A stretch of 62,755 nucleotides of DNA, filler included, from Choristocarpus tenellus KU-1152 (Eukaryota > Protista > Phaeophyceae), in the NCBI GenBank assembly GCA_964200185.2. It is 11 parts of 11 records of this genome, joined end to end, with 100 filler letters (N's around TTAATTAATTAA, not from the genome) between each part and the next. Parts side by side here need not be neighbours in the genome. Positions count along the whole stretch, not along the records: positions 51,900 to 57,132 come from CAXNAD020011405.1; positions 57,233 to 62,755 come from CAXNAD020010532.1; 9 more parts are not named here. The stretch is one strand, 5' to 3'. Position numbers and translations under genes: made by a program. The notes under the pieces were generated by a model, which saw only the letters and a program-made list of their open reading frames with translations, made no database searches and was not told where the DNA came from. Shown here in pieces: positions 51,800 through 62,755 of this stretch (position 1 is its first letter; every line of letters begins with the position of its first letter).

Positions 51800-51899
51800 N
51801 NNNNNNNNNNNNNNNNNNNNNNNNNNNNNNNNNNNNNNNNNNNTTAATTAATTAANNNNNNNNNNNNNNNNNNNNNNNNNNNNNNNNNNNNNNNNNNNN
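51800..51899. other. Artificial contig linker
   Basis: N44-TTAATTAATTAA-N44. Confidence 0.98.
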
Positions 51900-51987
51900 A
51901 TGGTTACTGTAAATGCACTTTTCATGATTTTGACCCAAATGGACACCATGTTGTAGACCCCCACCCCCCTCCCAGATACTTTGGGTC
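51900..51987. mobile_element. MITE family B, truncated by contig start
   Basis: AAATGCACTTTTC...CCAAATGGACACC...CCCAGATACTTTGGGTC. Confidence 0.85.
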
Positions 51988-54699
51988 TCAATATCAAATT
52001 TCTCAAGGTCTCCTTGGAGGCATGTCCAAAAGTTGTTCTCCTGTCCACCTTTTCGCCTTCCAGCCACAAGCTCCGCAGACACCAATACCTTACGAAATCC
52101 CTCATCTCCCATCCCTCCAACTAACCCAGAGCCAAAGTATCTGGGGGGGGTGACGGCTGGAAGACTGGGTGTGTTCAGTGTGATCATTCCCATTTGAAGA
52201 AACCTATGCAGCAGAGGAGGAATCTGTGATTTGAACAGAGCTTCAGATAATGAACCTGTTGGAGTGTCCATGCCATACATTCATATAACAGAACTCAAGT
52301 GTTTCAGTCTTGAACATTCAAATCTTAAGCACAAGTGAGACAGACACCTGAAGTCCTGTCATAGAGCATTTTATAAGTACGCGAAAATCCAACCTTTCTA
52401 AATCTTCTGGCTGATCTAACCAGTGATGGTGACATCGCCACTGATGGTTCCCCAAGGTAAACAATTCTATCCGTCTGCTTATAGGTCTGGTCCACAGTGC
52501 CTTGAACTTATGGTTTCGGCAGCCCAATTAGGAGGCCAAAGACACATGGTCTTTGTTGCTAATGCTGGCATCGTCAGACCGATTGATCTGACCACCTCAA
52601 AAGCACCGTCGTCACACTAGGCAAACCTCCTTGGGACTTGGAGACAATGCCCGCATTCTCAGCATAAAATATACCCTTCAAAAGTCATTTTAGTGTTATC
52701 CCACTCACAGTGCATAGCGAAGTGAAGAATTAAAAAATTATGTTGAAAAACAGGTGGTTGAACTGGAATCGAGTGGTGTGGGAGTTTTTTGCGGTCATTT
52801 TGTAAATGCGTGGGTATAGGACACGTAAACTTAGAGTTGTGGATATTGACACCAAATATACTTGGTCGCAAGCTATTAATTACCACCAATTAAATAAGTA
52901 TTTTTTGACCGATTATTCAGTAATTCCGCACGCACACACACCTCCGAAATCCTGGTTATCACGCAAGTTGGCATGCACGTACATGTGCTCTATGTTTTCG
53001 TTGGTCACATTCACACTCGCAATCTGCACCACACGGAGGGGAATAGTGGATAGATGCGTAGTAGTAAGAAAGTTAATGTTCTGATTTGCCACATTCATCT
53101 TGGTTGTCCATTATAAATCAAGGAGAGTCAACAAGCTCGTTGGATCCATTCAAAGTCAGCGAGAGGTACCCAAAATTCAACTTTTCTCACAAATTTCGTA
53201 TAGGATTTCCCTTAATTCTGTCGAAAAGTCTCAAACATTTTCAACAAACCACAGTTCTTTTGTCCCTCTTCCACTTTCTACGTAGCAATCACTGCATCTG
53301 TTCCTTACCCAGCGTCTCCATGCACCATGCACGGCACTTACATTGAGGGTTACACTACTACTAGTACTGCATGCCCTGCTCAGACACAACACAGCTTTTT
53401 CCTCTTTAGGTCACGGCTTCTTAGCTTTATTCATTCTGTATTATGTTTAACGCAGTTGAAGATAAAGTACATGTGAAAAGATTTCAATTTGCGTATTCAT
53501 TCACTGACCTCTCTTGCCTTCCATGTGTCATCAGGCACGATACATCACCAATGCAATAATCTTTGGTCAGCAGACACTTCCGGAATAATATTTCCATACT
53601 GCATTGAACACAAACAAAATGAGTAGACACCCTTCAGTATTTTCTTGGGGACTACCAGAGATCAGTAAAACTTAAGACATGCCTGTGCACCTACTATAAC
53701 AAATGATCGCAGGAACCCATGTAGCTCTTCAAGGCAGTTTGTATACATGAACATAAACCTCCATATTGAAGTGAGGAGTGAGGCTCAGCAGTATGTCTAA
53801 GCGCATCCTGCTATCTGTACAACTATCAAAATAGCCCCCTCAACGTGAGGTCTAGATTCCTCAACAAGCATAGCTGCTGTTCAATAAGCTTGTCTCACCA
53901 TGATGGCACCATTGCTCATACGCAATCAGCAAGTACTCAGCATTGATCATCTCGATCATCTATCTACTAAGATATCGCTAAAACTAAACAAAAAACAACC
54001 CCCATTCCCCTTTTCTGACAAAGGGCAAGTTGCATTGGGCCAATATATCAAATATATCACATCTGAACATGACCCTCTTCTGTGGATCTACGGAGTTTAC
54101 TAAAGCACTGTACGGGCATGAATATTTTTTTCTTAACATTCGCTCATCAGATGAGACCAAGCTTGATCCAAATCAAAGGCACCAAGTAATGGGCACTGCG
54201 GGACAAAGACGGAACAAACACAAACGAAGATATGGAGCAAGGGGTGGCAATGGGAAAATAAGTCTCAGAAGTAACGTTATCTGTTGCAAGGAAGAAAGAC
54301 AGGGTAGGTGGGCCCCTAGGGAGGAGAAGTATCAAGCTGAACATTGCTCCACTCGAAATCTTCTTAGTGGCACGTAACAGAACTGGAAAATGCGGACTAT
54401 GGATCTACTCCCAAGTGTGCAGAGATCACACACACACACACACACACACGTATGGTGTCCAGTCCCATAGAAAAGCGTAAACATGACGCTTGCGTTATTA
54501 CCATGGTTTATCATTGCCAATGCAAAACGGTGAGGTTCCAAAAAGAAAAATAAGCCCATAAGTTGCGCAGCGGGAGCTTCAAAGAGTAGGTTCACAATGT
54601 GCAGCTTCACCATGTGGCAGTTCTCCTACACACTCTAAAAGAAGGGCATCTATAAGAGAAATGGGAAGACAAAGAGGAGTGGAGCAAAGTAGGCAGAGG

Positions 54700-55250
54700 C
54701 AAATTGATCCTTGTCTTGACCTTCAGAAGAGAATCCTCTTTCTTGGTTCTACTCCCTACACAGAGCACCTTGAATAATATCGAGGAGGCCTGAAAAGGCC
54801 CCCCGGTCATGTAGACCACGAGTCAACCGAAGCTGCCTTGCATATTAGGTGTACCTACCAAGTATGGTATCACTTCTCTTTAAGTCCTTGATACCAGAGC
54901 AATCACACATGTCATCTATTAAGTCCCCACCAACTGTAGCTTGTTTTGATGCAGCAGAGAAATACTTTTGATCCATTGTTGTGTCCTTGGTGCCTGGTCT
55001 CTTCACCCTGTATCCCAGAGGCTCCAATGCGAACTACTGCCGATAGGTCTGTCTGGAATAGTTCGGATATTTCTGCTCGCCTGAATCCCATGGAGCCGTA
55101 TACAACCACCTTGGAAGGGATGTCTATGATGTGTCGTCTTGTTGGAGGTTGGTCAGATGGCGGAAGAGCCGTGACCAGAAGCTTGCGACAGATCATTTTC
55201 AGACCGAATCTAAATTAGCAGAGGAGGGTATTTTATTAAACTTGCAAAAC
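54700..55250 (-). pseudogene. Possible tyrosine-recombinase relic (Crypton/DIRS-type)
   Basis: VVVYGSMGFRRAEISEL (box I R-x-x-E-like), GYRVKRPGTK, GRYT*YARQL; frameshifted. Confidence 0.3.
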
Positions 55251-57041
55251 AGGCGGGGTTTACTTCTGGTTGGTACTACACTGTTGTGTAAGCATAGGCT
55301 ACTGCCAGGGTGACTTTCTAGCTGCCTAGAGTTGAACTGGTATTCAGGACAAGTGAATTCCACCAGCGCAATACAGCTACAATAAATTCAAACTATGCAA
55401 AGGGTTTGCAAGCAATTGAAGGTAGCGGGGGGGGTTGTAGGCTTGCTTGTGAGTTATTCAACTTTGACATTCCAGTTCACACTACTCCTGAATTCCAAGT
55501 AGAAACTCCTAACCCTGATCATATTGAACAAGTACTTATCAAAAGGCATTCCTCCCCACTCCCTTCTCTCTCTGCTACCCTCTCTATCATTTCCTGCAGT
55601 TAGTTCACAAAAACAGCGCATATGTTTGTGCCAAGAGAACATACACTAGGGAAGATAAAGACCATTGAGTTTGGACATGCAAGCCAACCACATCTTGTGA
55701 AAGTGATACATGGCAGGAAGGCGTGGGCAAACGAATCTTGACATAATATCAGGAGGGGCGAAAAATGAGCGTGGCCCGAGGAATAGGGCGTGATGCATGG
55801 GATGGACACAACCCTGTCAGTCCCAAGGGTTTAGATTGATGAGAGGGGTCATGATATCTGATAGGAGTACGGGAGTACAATTAAAAGCTCAAAATGGAAA
55901 GACCGCTCGAGTCTCAACCTCCCCAATTGAAAACAAATGCGATATTGTTGTTCCTGCAGACTATACCCAGAAACACACTGGTATACAGTACAGTCATGTG
56001 TACGTTGCAAACACACATACAAATAATTCAAGATACGTCTTTCGGATAAAAATGGACTTTAGCGTGGACACGACATCAGCACGGCATGGGCAACACACAT
56101 ATTAAGTCCCAGTTGTCATTCCCATAAAGCGGGCCCCCACTCACTAAAGATCGGCCAAGCTATGATGAAAAGTGGGTTATATTAGTTATCGCTATTCATA
56201 ATATACAAGAAACACTCCAGTATTGAAACATTTACCACTTCGAAGTATGCAGTCCAGGTATACAAATATCATTATTGTTTTTAAGTACAGAAAAATCAGG
56301 GTGATGATGGGAGTTCACTTTAAAATTGTTTTCCAAAGTCTTCACCATAAAATATAGTCAGTGTGTGTTGCGGTGAACTTACGAAAAAATGAAGAATGGG
56401 TATTCAGATGACCAACTCCTCAACATTTCTACTAATTTACCACGAAAGACAGAGATCCAACATACCCCTGACCGACAGATCAATCACAACGAAAGTTACA
56501 TTAGGTGTACAATTTTTTCAGAATGGCAAGGGTTCTAAGGTAAATCTTCAACTTGATCTCTTCACTCCTCACTCTTGAAATTAAACCGTTTCACGCATCA
56601 CTTTTGTGTCTGATGGGTAGGAGCTGTAGGGTGTTGGACAAAAGGTCCTCGTGCTCCTTGAAAGAAACAATTTTTCTCCCTACGCAAGTCTAAGCCAATG
56701 GCACCTTAAAAAACAAAACAAAATGAACAATCCTCTCCAAATGCTGTCCACAAGTATTTGTCGTGTGTATCTGATGGATGTCAGTCATGCCATTCAATCA
56801 TCATACCTTCACATAATTGAGTTTTTGCTGCAGAGGATAGCCTCAAATAGTTTTCCTGACTACTGAGGAGGGCATCACGGTATATAATCTAAGATAACGA
56901 CCTCATGGTATGACATAATCAATTCAAAACGAAAAGTAGTGCAGTGCTCGGTAGCTCTGACTATGGGTCATGACTAGGTAGGGTCGAGCTAGCGGTCCCT
57001 TAGTCCCAGGACTAAAGCGAGGCAGTAAACAAAAAGATTAA

Positions 57042-57132
57042 GACCCAAAGTATCTTGGGGGGGGGTCTACACCAGGGTGTCCATTTGGTCCAAAATCAGG
57101 AAAAGTGCATTTACAGGATCCATCCAACGTAT
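57042..57132. mobile_element. MITE family B, truncated by contig end
   Basis: GACCCAAAGTATCTTGGGG...GTCTACACCAGGGTGTCCATTTGG. Confidence 0.87.
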
Positions 57133-57232
57133 NNNNNNNNNNNNNNNNNNNNNNNNNNNNNNNNNNNNNNNNNNNNTTAATTAATTAANNNNNNNNNNNN
57201 NNNNNNNNNNNNNNNNNNNNNNNNNNNNNNNN
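57133..57232. other. Artificial contig linker
   Basis: N44-TTAATTAATTAA-N44. Confidence 0.98.
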
Positions 57233-58449
57233 CTGTGGGAAACCATTTCTCCTTGTCCACTGCCCCCCCCCCCCCCTCTAACCCCATATTGCATGTTCTG
57301 CTGGATTATACTGTAGCTCTTGACTAGCCTGACCTGATGTCTTGGGGTGCTGTAACTGTCTTACGCAAAGTAAAATGCACTTACTCTGTACATGACATGC
57401 CCTGTTTCTCATGGGTTGGGTTCAGTCATTCTACCATTCACCAGTCGTCACTCCTCTGTCAAACTTATTGCTTACTCTCCCTGGTGGGCTGGCGGAAACT
57501 AACACCATGGTGTTTGCTGTGGGGGGTGGGTGACCTCCTGCCGGGGGTAATGTACAGAGATAGAGTCCATGCGTTGGTGCTTGTACGATTTGGCCATCAA
57601 AATAAAAAGCCCAATGATGAGGATATATTTAGTTGAGAACGGGAGTCAAACCTATGAACCCTTATTTTTAAAGGGAAGCAGTGTCACCCTCCACACAAGA
57701 GTGGAAAAGGATAGATTAAATCCAACCCCTCTCATCTTTTTACACACATCTCTTGTAGTGAGAGAGTACCACCGGTGGAGTCGTACAGAGGTTAGGAAAT
57801 GTGCTGTAGCCTTTCAAACGATATGAGCCAATCTGTATTTTTTATTATTTTAACTCTTGAGACCGAACCTGCCAATAAACCTTGAATCATAATTGAAACC
57901 GTTCGTTAGTTCATCGTCTGCTCTCATGTGCATATGTGCTGCACAATTTGCTTCTCTTTTTTTGGGGGGGGGGAGGAGTCTTCCTTGGGCCTGTTCGTGT
58001 TTCCTTATGGCCACCTCATAGTGCTTTGGTTCAGCTGAGTGTCCTAGGGTACATCAAATCTTTTTGAGCTAATTCATTATCTACTCAAGAATTACTTCAA
58101 TATATAATATACTGAAATCGATTCTTTCCCTCCAAGTTGTTTCCCTGTTGGGTTCTATTTGAGGATATTTACTATTGGTTTTTACTTTTGCGCAGTCATT
58201 CACTGTAAGATTTGGTAATGTTGCATTGTACTTCCATGCTTACCACAAACTCACCAACCTCCCCCATTTCAAACCCTGATGAGTGATTGAGAGGACTACT
58301 CATTTGGTAGGTTTGTCCTGCTGCACGTGTAGAGTGACAATTCACCTCGCGTCACTAACCCATTCCACTAGACATCTGCTACCCCTCCACCCCATCACAG
58401 GTGAAGCCCTTGAAGATAATATGGGACAAGCACTCCCGATGGAATGCAG

Positions 58450-61400
58450 AAAACACCATTCATGTAGATGACCTAGCATGCAACTTTGCCCTAAATCCCA
58501 AGTGAGTTTTGTGGTGCAAAGGAGTGTAGTACGTGTAGAGAGGGTGGGGGGTGGGGGGTGGGCTCTACTACTGAAGGATGCAAGAGGCAGGAATGAGAAG
58601 GAACCAAGGAACCGGCTCTCTTTACTCCCGTTATATACTACCACTTTTCGTAACATTAATGAATGTATCCGTGAATCCATGTCAATGATACCTCAGATGC
58701 GGAATGAAGGTGAAGGCTTACCGGAGAAAGAGGCATGGAGCAGAGACTGATGATGAACTAGTGCATGTTGCTCGGTACCTGAGCTTAGTTGCCACAGCGG
58801 GTAGGGGGGAAGGGGAAGGGACCAGGTGGAAGAGAAGGGACCATGGGAAGTGGAGAGAAGAACTTGGAAACTTGGGCACATGAACGAGAGAAGTCCAAAG
58901 AGGAGAGGCGTAGGTAGAAGGTTGGAGAAACGGATTTCCATCGGTTCGAAGTTGGTAAAAGGTTGACTGTGGTGGGAAGGATCTTGGGCAGAGATGTTGA
59001 TTGGGAGGTGAAACGCAGTGGGGCTGCTTGACAGGTCTATGGGACGTGTACATGGATTTGCACACGCGCAAATATACACACACGCATGCAGTGCAACATT
59101 TAGTAAATATGGAGGGATAGGTGCGCTATTAATAGGATGTTTCATGTGGTGTTTCAAGATGTTTGCACATGCTCAGAATAGGGTGTATCCATTGCATCTG
59201 TGGAATTTTGTACCGCCACGAACTGCTATAGTTGATTGTATAAGAGTTGTTTTCCCTTTGCTTTAATTTTGTTTTGAGATTGGAATGTATGGGGCTCGCG
59301 TCTGCCTACCCTGCTGGAGAGGTGTCTTCCTCTGCCTCTAGTTTGTAATCTGAGCTTGGAAGATCTCCCCCATCTTTCCTATGACACGAGTCAACAAGGG
59401 CGCCAATTTGATACAGGCACCCGTATTCTGGTTTAGGATGATGACCGCTCTTACCCTCACCACATGCCTCCTTTGTTTTGCAAGACTCATATAAACAGGG
59501 TCACTGAGGACTGTATTCTGATGTGGTAGTTGTTACTATATGTTTGTTGCCAAGGACATAAGGTCATGTCGCCCTTGGATGTCATAGAATATATTGGAGC
59601 CGGAAATGACCCGCTCTTGTTGCACACCCTCTCTTGAATGCTGTAGCGATAACCTTTCCTTGCTCTGCAGGAGATAGTAGACAGGGCAGTTTTTTTTACT
59701 ACAGTGGTTGTGATTGCCGCTCTCTCCTTCACCCAGTCTCCACAATCAGCAGGCTGGAGATTTATTGACAACATAGGACCTGCACCCATGCCAACTAACC
59801 AGGATCGAATGTTGTTGGCACTAAGTTTGGTGTTTGTGAAACATGAGGGCATTATCTTTGAAAATAACAGCATCTGGTTGGGAATTTGGGTGGGGTGGTC
59901 ATAATTGCACAATTTGCGTACTGGTCGTGAATTATTTCACATGGGATGGCGCTAAGGGGGTAATATTAGGGTGCCTTTTTGTGCAGTGGGAAACTAAGAC
60001 CATCATGCATGTGCTCCTGTGCATAGAAAAGACTTCTCCAACCGGAAGTGCAGTTCTTTTTTACTTGCTCTATTGGTTCTTATTGTATGTTGTCCAATGG
60101 GAAACGTTTCCCTTGAACTGACTTCTTTTTTCAGGCTACATGAATCCGATTGGTTGTTTGAGCTGAAGAGAACAGTTGGTCTTGCCTTATGTTTTTTTCA
60201 TCAGTCTTTCTGTGTGATTTATTGTGTAGGGAGGATGGTTTGGGGGCAAAGAGCAACACCGACTCTGTAATTTGTTCATTGTCACCTGGCTGGTCAAGAC
60301 TTGGACATTTTGCTCTTCAGATTGTCATTCTATGAAGTAATATTATTGTCGGCATGAATAACTCTGCACTTTTTTTTTCTAGGAAATTTTTTATGATAGA
60401 AGAGGGTACAACAATCCTATCATGTATAGCTCTCGGGAGAGAGTGGATCATCATTGCTTGGAGTATGCATCATGCACGTTTTGATGTGGTTCATGTCCTC
60501 CAGTATCGAACTTGGTTAGTACTACTCCTGAGTACCGTAGATGATCATTTCAAATAGTAATATCTCAAGAAACGATGAACAACCCAAACATAGAAGGAAA
60601 CAGCATTCAGGCATAGAAGCTTGCTGTACAATGTACGTAGCATCAACGAGAAATGGATACGAAATAGGTCAAGGTGTTCTTAGGAGCCAACAAATACAGG
60701 AAAGGCTGATGATTGACAGGGACCTAAATTGGTTGTGTGATTTGGATAGTATTTTACAGTCTTGACCTGGAGTCAGGATATCTTTGTCATCCTGACCATG
60801 GTTACAGGGTGCGATTTGATATTGGACCTGTGGAGTATGAATTGTATTCAGAAAAAATTGGGATGGCAACAAAGTTGCTGGTGACAGGTGTTCCAACAGC
60901 ATGCAACAAACGGCAGAATGGTGGGAATGTGATGCGTGCAAGGTTGTAATGCAGAGCAACGAGAAGGTAAGGAATAGTGTCCCAAGCCCTGAATGACAAG
61001 ATATGGGGCGAGGAAATAAGGCAGCCAGGGCAAGGAGCGCAGTTGGGATACACTGGAACAGTGGGCAGCCTTTTAATGGGGACGGAGTAGGTCAGACCCG
61101 GAATGGAAGGTTGGCCTATTCCAGTTGCTATGAAAAAAAAATCCTGTAACTCTTGCTTTGTTGTGTTAGGAGGTGGTCTCTTGTATCTTTTGCCATTTCT
61201 TGTTCACAATTGTCACGGAGTTCTCATTTGTGTGGCAATCCCACAGAAAACATCGAACACCTTAATGATGTGAATACTGAATAGTACTGTGTATATATTG
61301 AGAATATATATGACAAGGGGTCAATACCCGCTGGTTCTCTGCAATGGCGGCAATCAAAATCACTCTTTGCAAACTTGAGAGACGATTGGACAAAAGGCTG

Positions 61401-61850
61401 AGCCTGACAACTCTTGCCCTGCGGTCATCTCAACTGGAGCTCAGGTGAATCAAAATAGAACAGAAACCTCAGCACACAAGAGATGTATCTGGATATCTGG
61501 ACGATGCAGCAGGTGCAGGGGTAAGTTAAATCGGAATGAAGCTTCGGTCTGACCATCCTCCTTGATATTCATCCAGATCCGAATCTTGTGTATTTCTCTG
61601 GGCCGTTGACTAATCGCTTGAGTAGCCTCAGGAAGAAATGTTGCGCGCGCAATTTGTATTACTGTGCGCGGTGTCCATTGAAATGTGTTGGAGATCCTAA
61701 ATGGGACGTGTTCCTGACATTACCCCCACCCAAGTGTGGATTCCATTCGACACAAGCTCAAAGTGATTGGACAACACTTTGTCGAACAGGTTCTTGGGAA
61801 GAAATCTCTTGACTATTGAAGCAAGTCAGTGGGGATTGTGGCAGGTATAG
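58450..61850 (+). mobile_element. Heavily decayed Ty1/Copia internal region
   Basis: Traces in Copia order: WEVKRSGAA (protease WxxDSGA-like, ~59000), integrase-like segments (~59560-59880), RT-start-like (~60660-60780); no intact frame. Confidence 0.35.
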
Positions 61851-61989
61851 TATGATGAAGTGATTGGAAAGTGATCATCTTTTATTGGGGGTTCACTATG
61901 ATGTCATAATGCCTTGGAACCACCAGAGGAAAATTTGGACTCATAAATATATTGGAAAATGAGTAGCAATTTGGATTTTATGCATGTTT

Positions 61990-62630
61990 TTTTGACAGGT
62001 TAGACCAACCTGCATAATCCTCCAGAGTAGATGGCCTCATGTACTACTACCCCACGGTGCCTAACTCATCTGATACATAACCTCTTTATTGATCAACCGG
62101 TCGATGCCAATGGCATGCTTCCTCAAGAACAGTCAACGTCTGCCGCGGTGGAATTGAAATAGAAGTGCCTTCTCTACCTATGGACTTTGATGATGGCAAC
62201 TCATCAAGCCAGCAACCCTCGAGTATAGAGGAATTTATCGATGACACTGACTCACAAGGAGGGTTTTCAGAAGTAGTAGAGGAGGATAAGATGCTTGCTG
62301 GTGGACATCCAGTTGGCGGTAAATAAACTTCTTTGACTGATTTTGGTGTAACGACCTCTCTTTAATGACCAGTGCTTCGTCAGTATCTCTTACGCTAAGA
62401 TTGTCAAACCTTTCTTCTTTTGATAGACTGCAATAATCTCTGCACATTCAAGTGTTTCGTCGGGTTTACGCCAAACATTACTGGCCTGTGAGAATCCTTG
62501 AAAATGAAACCAGTAAATATATTGGTTGGTGGTTTCCCAGCATATCGGCTGTGGTCAACAATGCCCTCTACAATGCATGACCCAACGATTGGTTGTATAC
62601 TTGACCTCTGATCAAGATCTGGTTTGAACA
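61990..62630 (-). mobile_element. Helitron RepHel N-terminal region relic
   Basis: IRGQVYNQSLG...AGKPP (compare IxGQVYHxIG...GxxP), YFNSTAADV (compare YNxPTxxEVA) and a later GW motif, in the expected order. Confidence 0.45.
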
Positions 62631-62755
62631 GTGGATTTTAAAAATTGAGGATGGAGTGGGGCTATGAGGATGGTTGTTCTGCGAAAACGGTCTTGAAAAA
62701 GTACCAAAAGGTTTTTTTTTGCAACTGTTTTTGCACTTGGAAGGGCCTGGGATAT

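Noticed and set aside
4608-57232. Recurring palindrome TTAATTAATTAA in N runs, as a biological repeat or CRISPR-like array
   Set aside because: Ten identical N44-12-N44 blocks are an artificial six-frame-stop contig linker; adjacency across them has no biological meaning

Overview
This is eukaryotic DNA from a fragmented draft assembly, not one contiguous locus. Ten identical 100-bp linkers (N44-TTAATTAATTAA-N44) join 11 unrelated contigs. Six intron-containing host genes or gene fragments can be read: a proline-rich repeat protein, a flagellar PACRG, a CAMK-like pseudokinase, a PAT1-like protein, a coiled-coil protein and a multi-WW-domain protein. PACRG implies a flagellated eukaryote; the style of the LINE RT suggests a stramenopile or brown alga (inference only). 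Most of the remaining DNA is decayed mobile elements: Copia, LINE, IS630/Tc1, pogo, Helitron, and possible Sola, piggyBac and tyrosine-recombinase relics. The clearest structure is a set of three related MITE families that share a TIR core (AAAGTATCT) and a subterminal GTCCATT(T)GG motif. Five full copies of family A are each 259 bp with distinct 4-bp target-site duplications and GAG...CTC ends, resembling Sola. A tandem exon+intron duplication that appears to have copied a GC-AG intron is also notable. No CRISPR array, rRNA or intact tRNA was found. All family assignments are by-eye motif recognition, with no database search.
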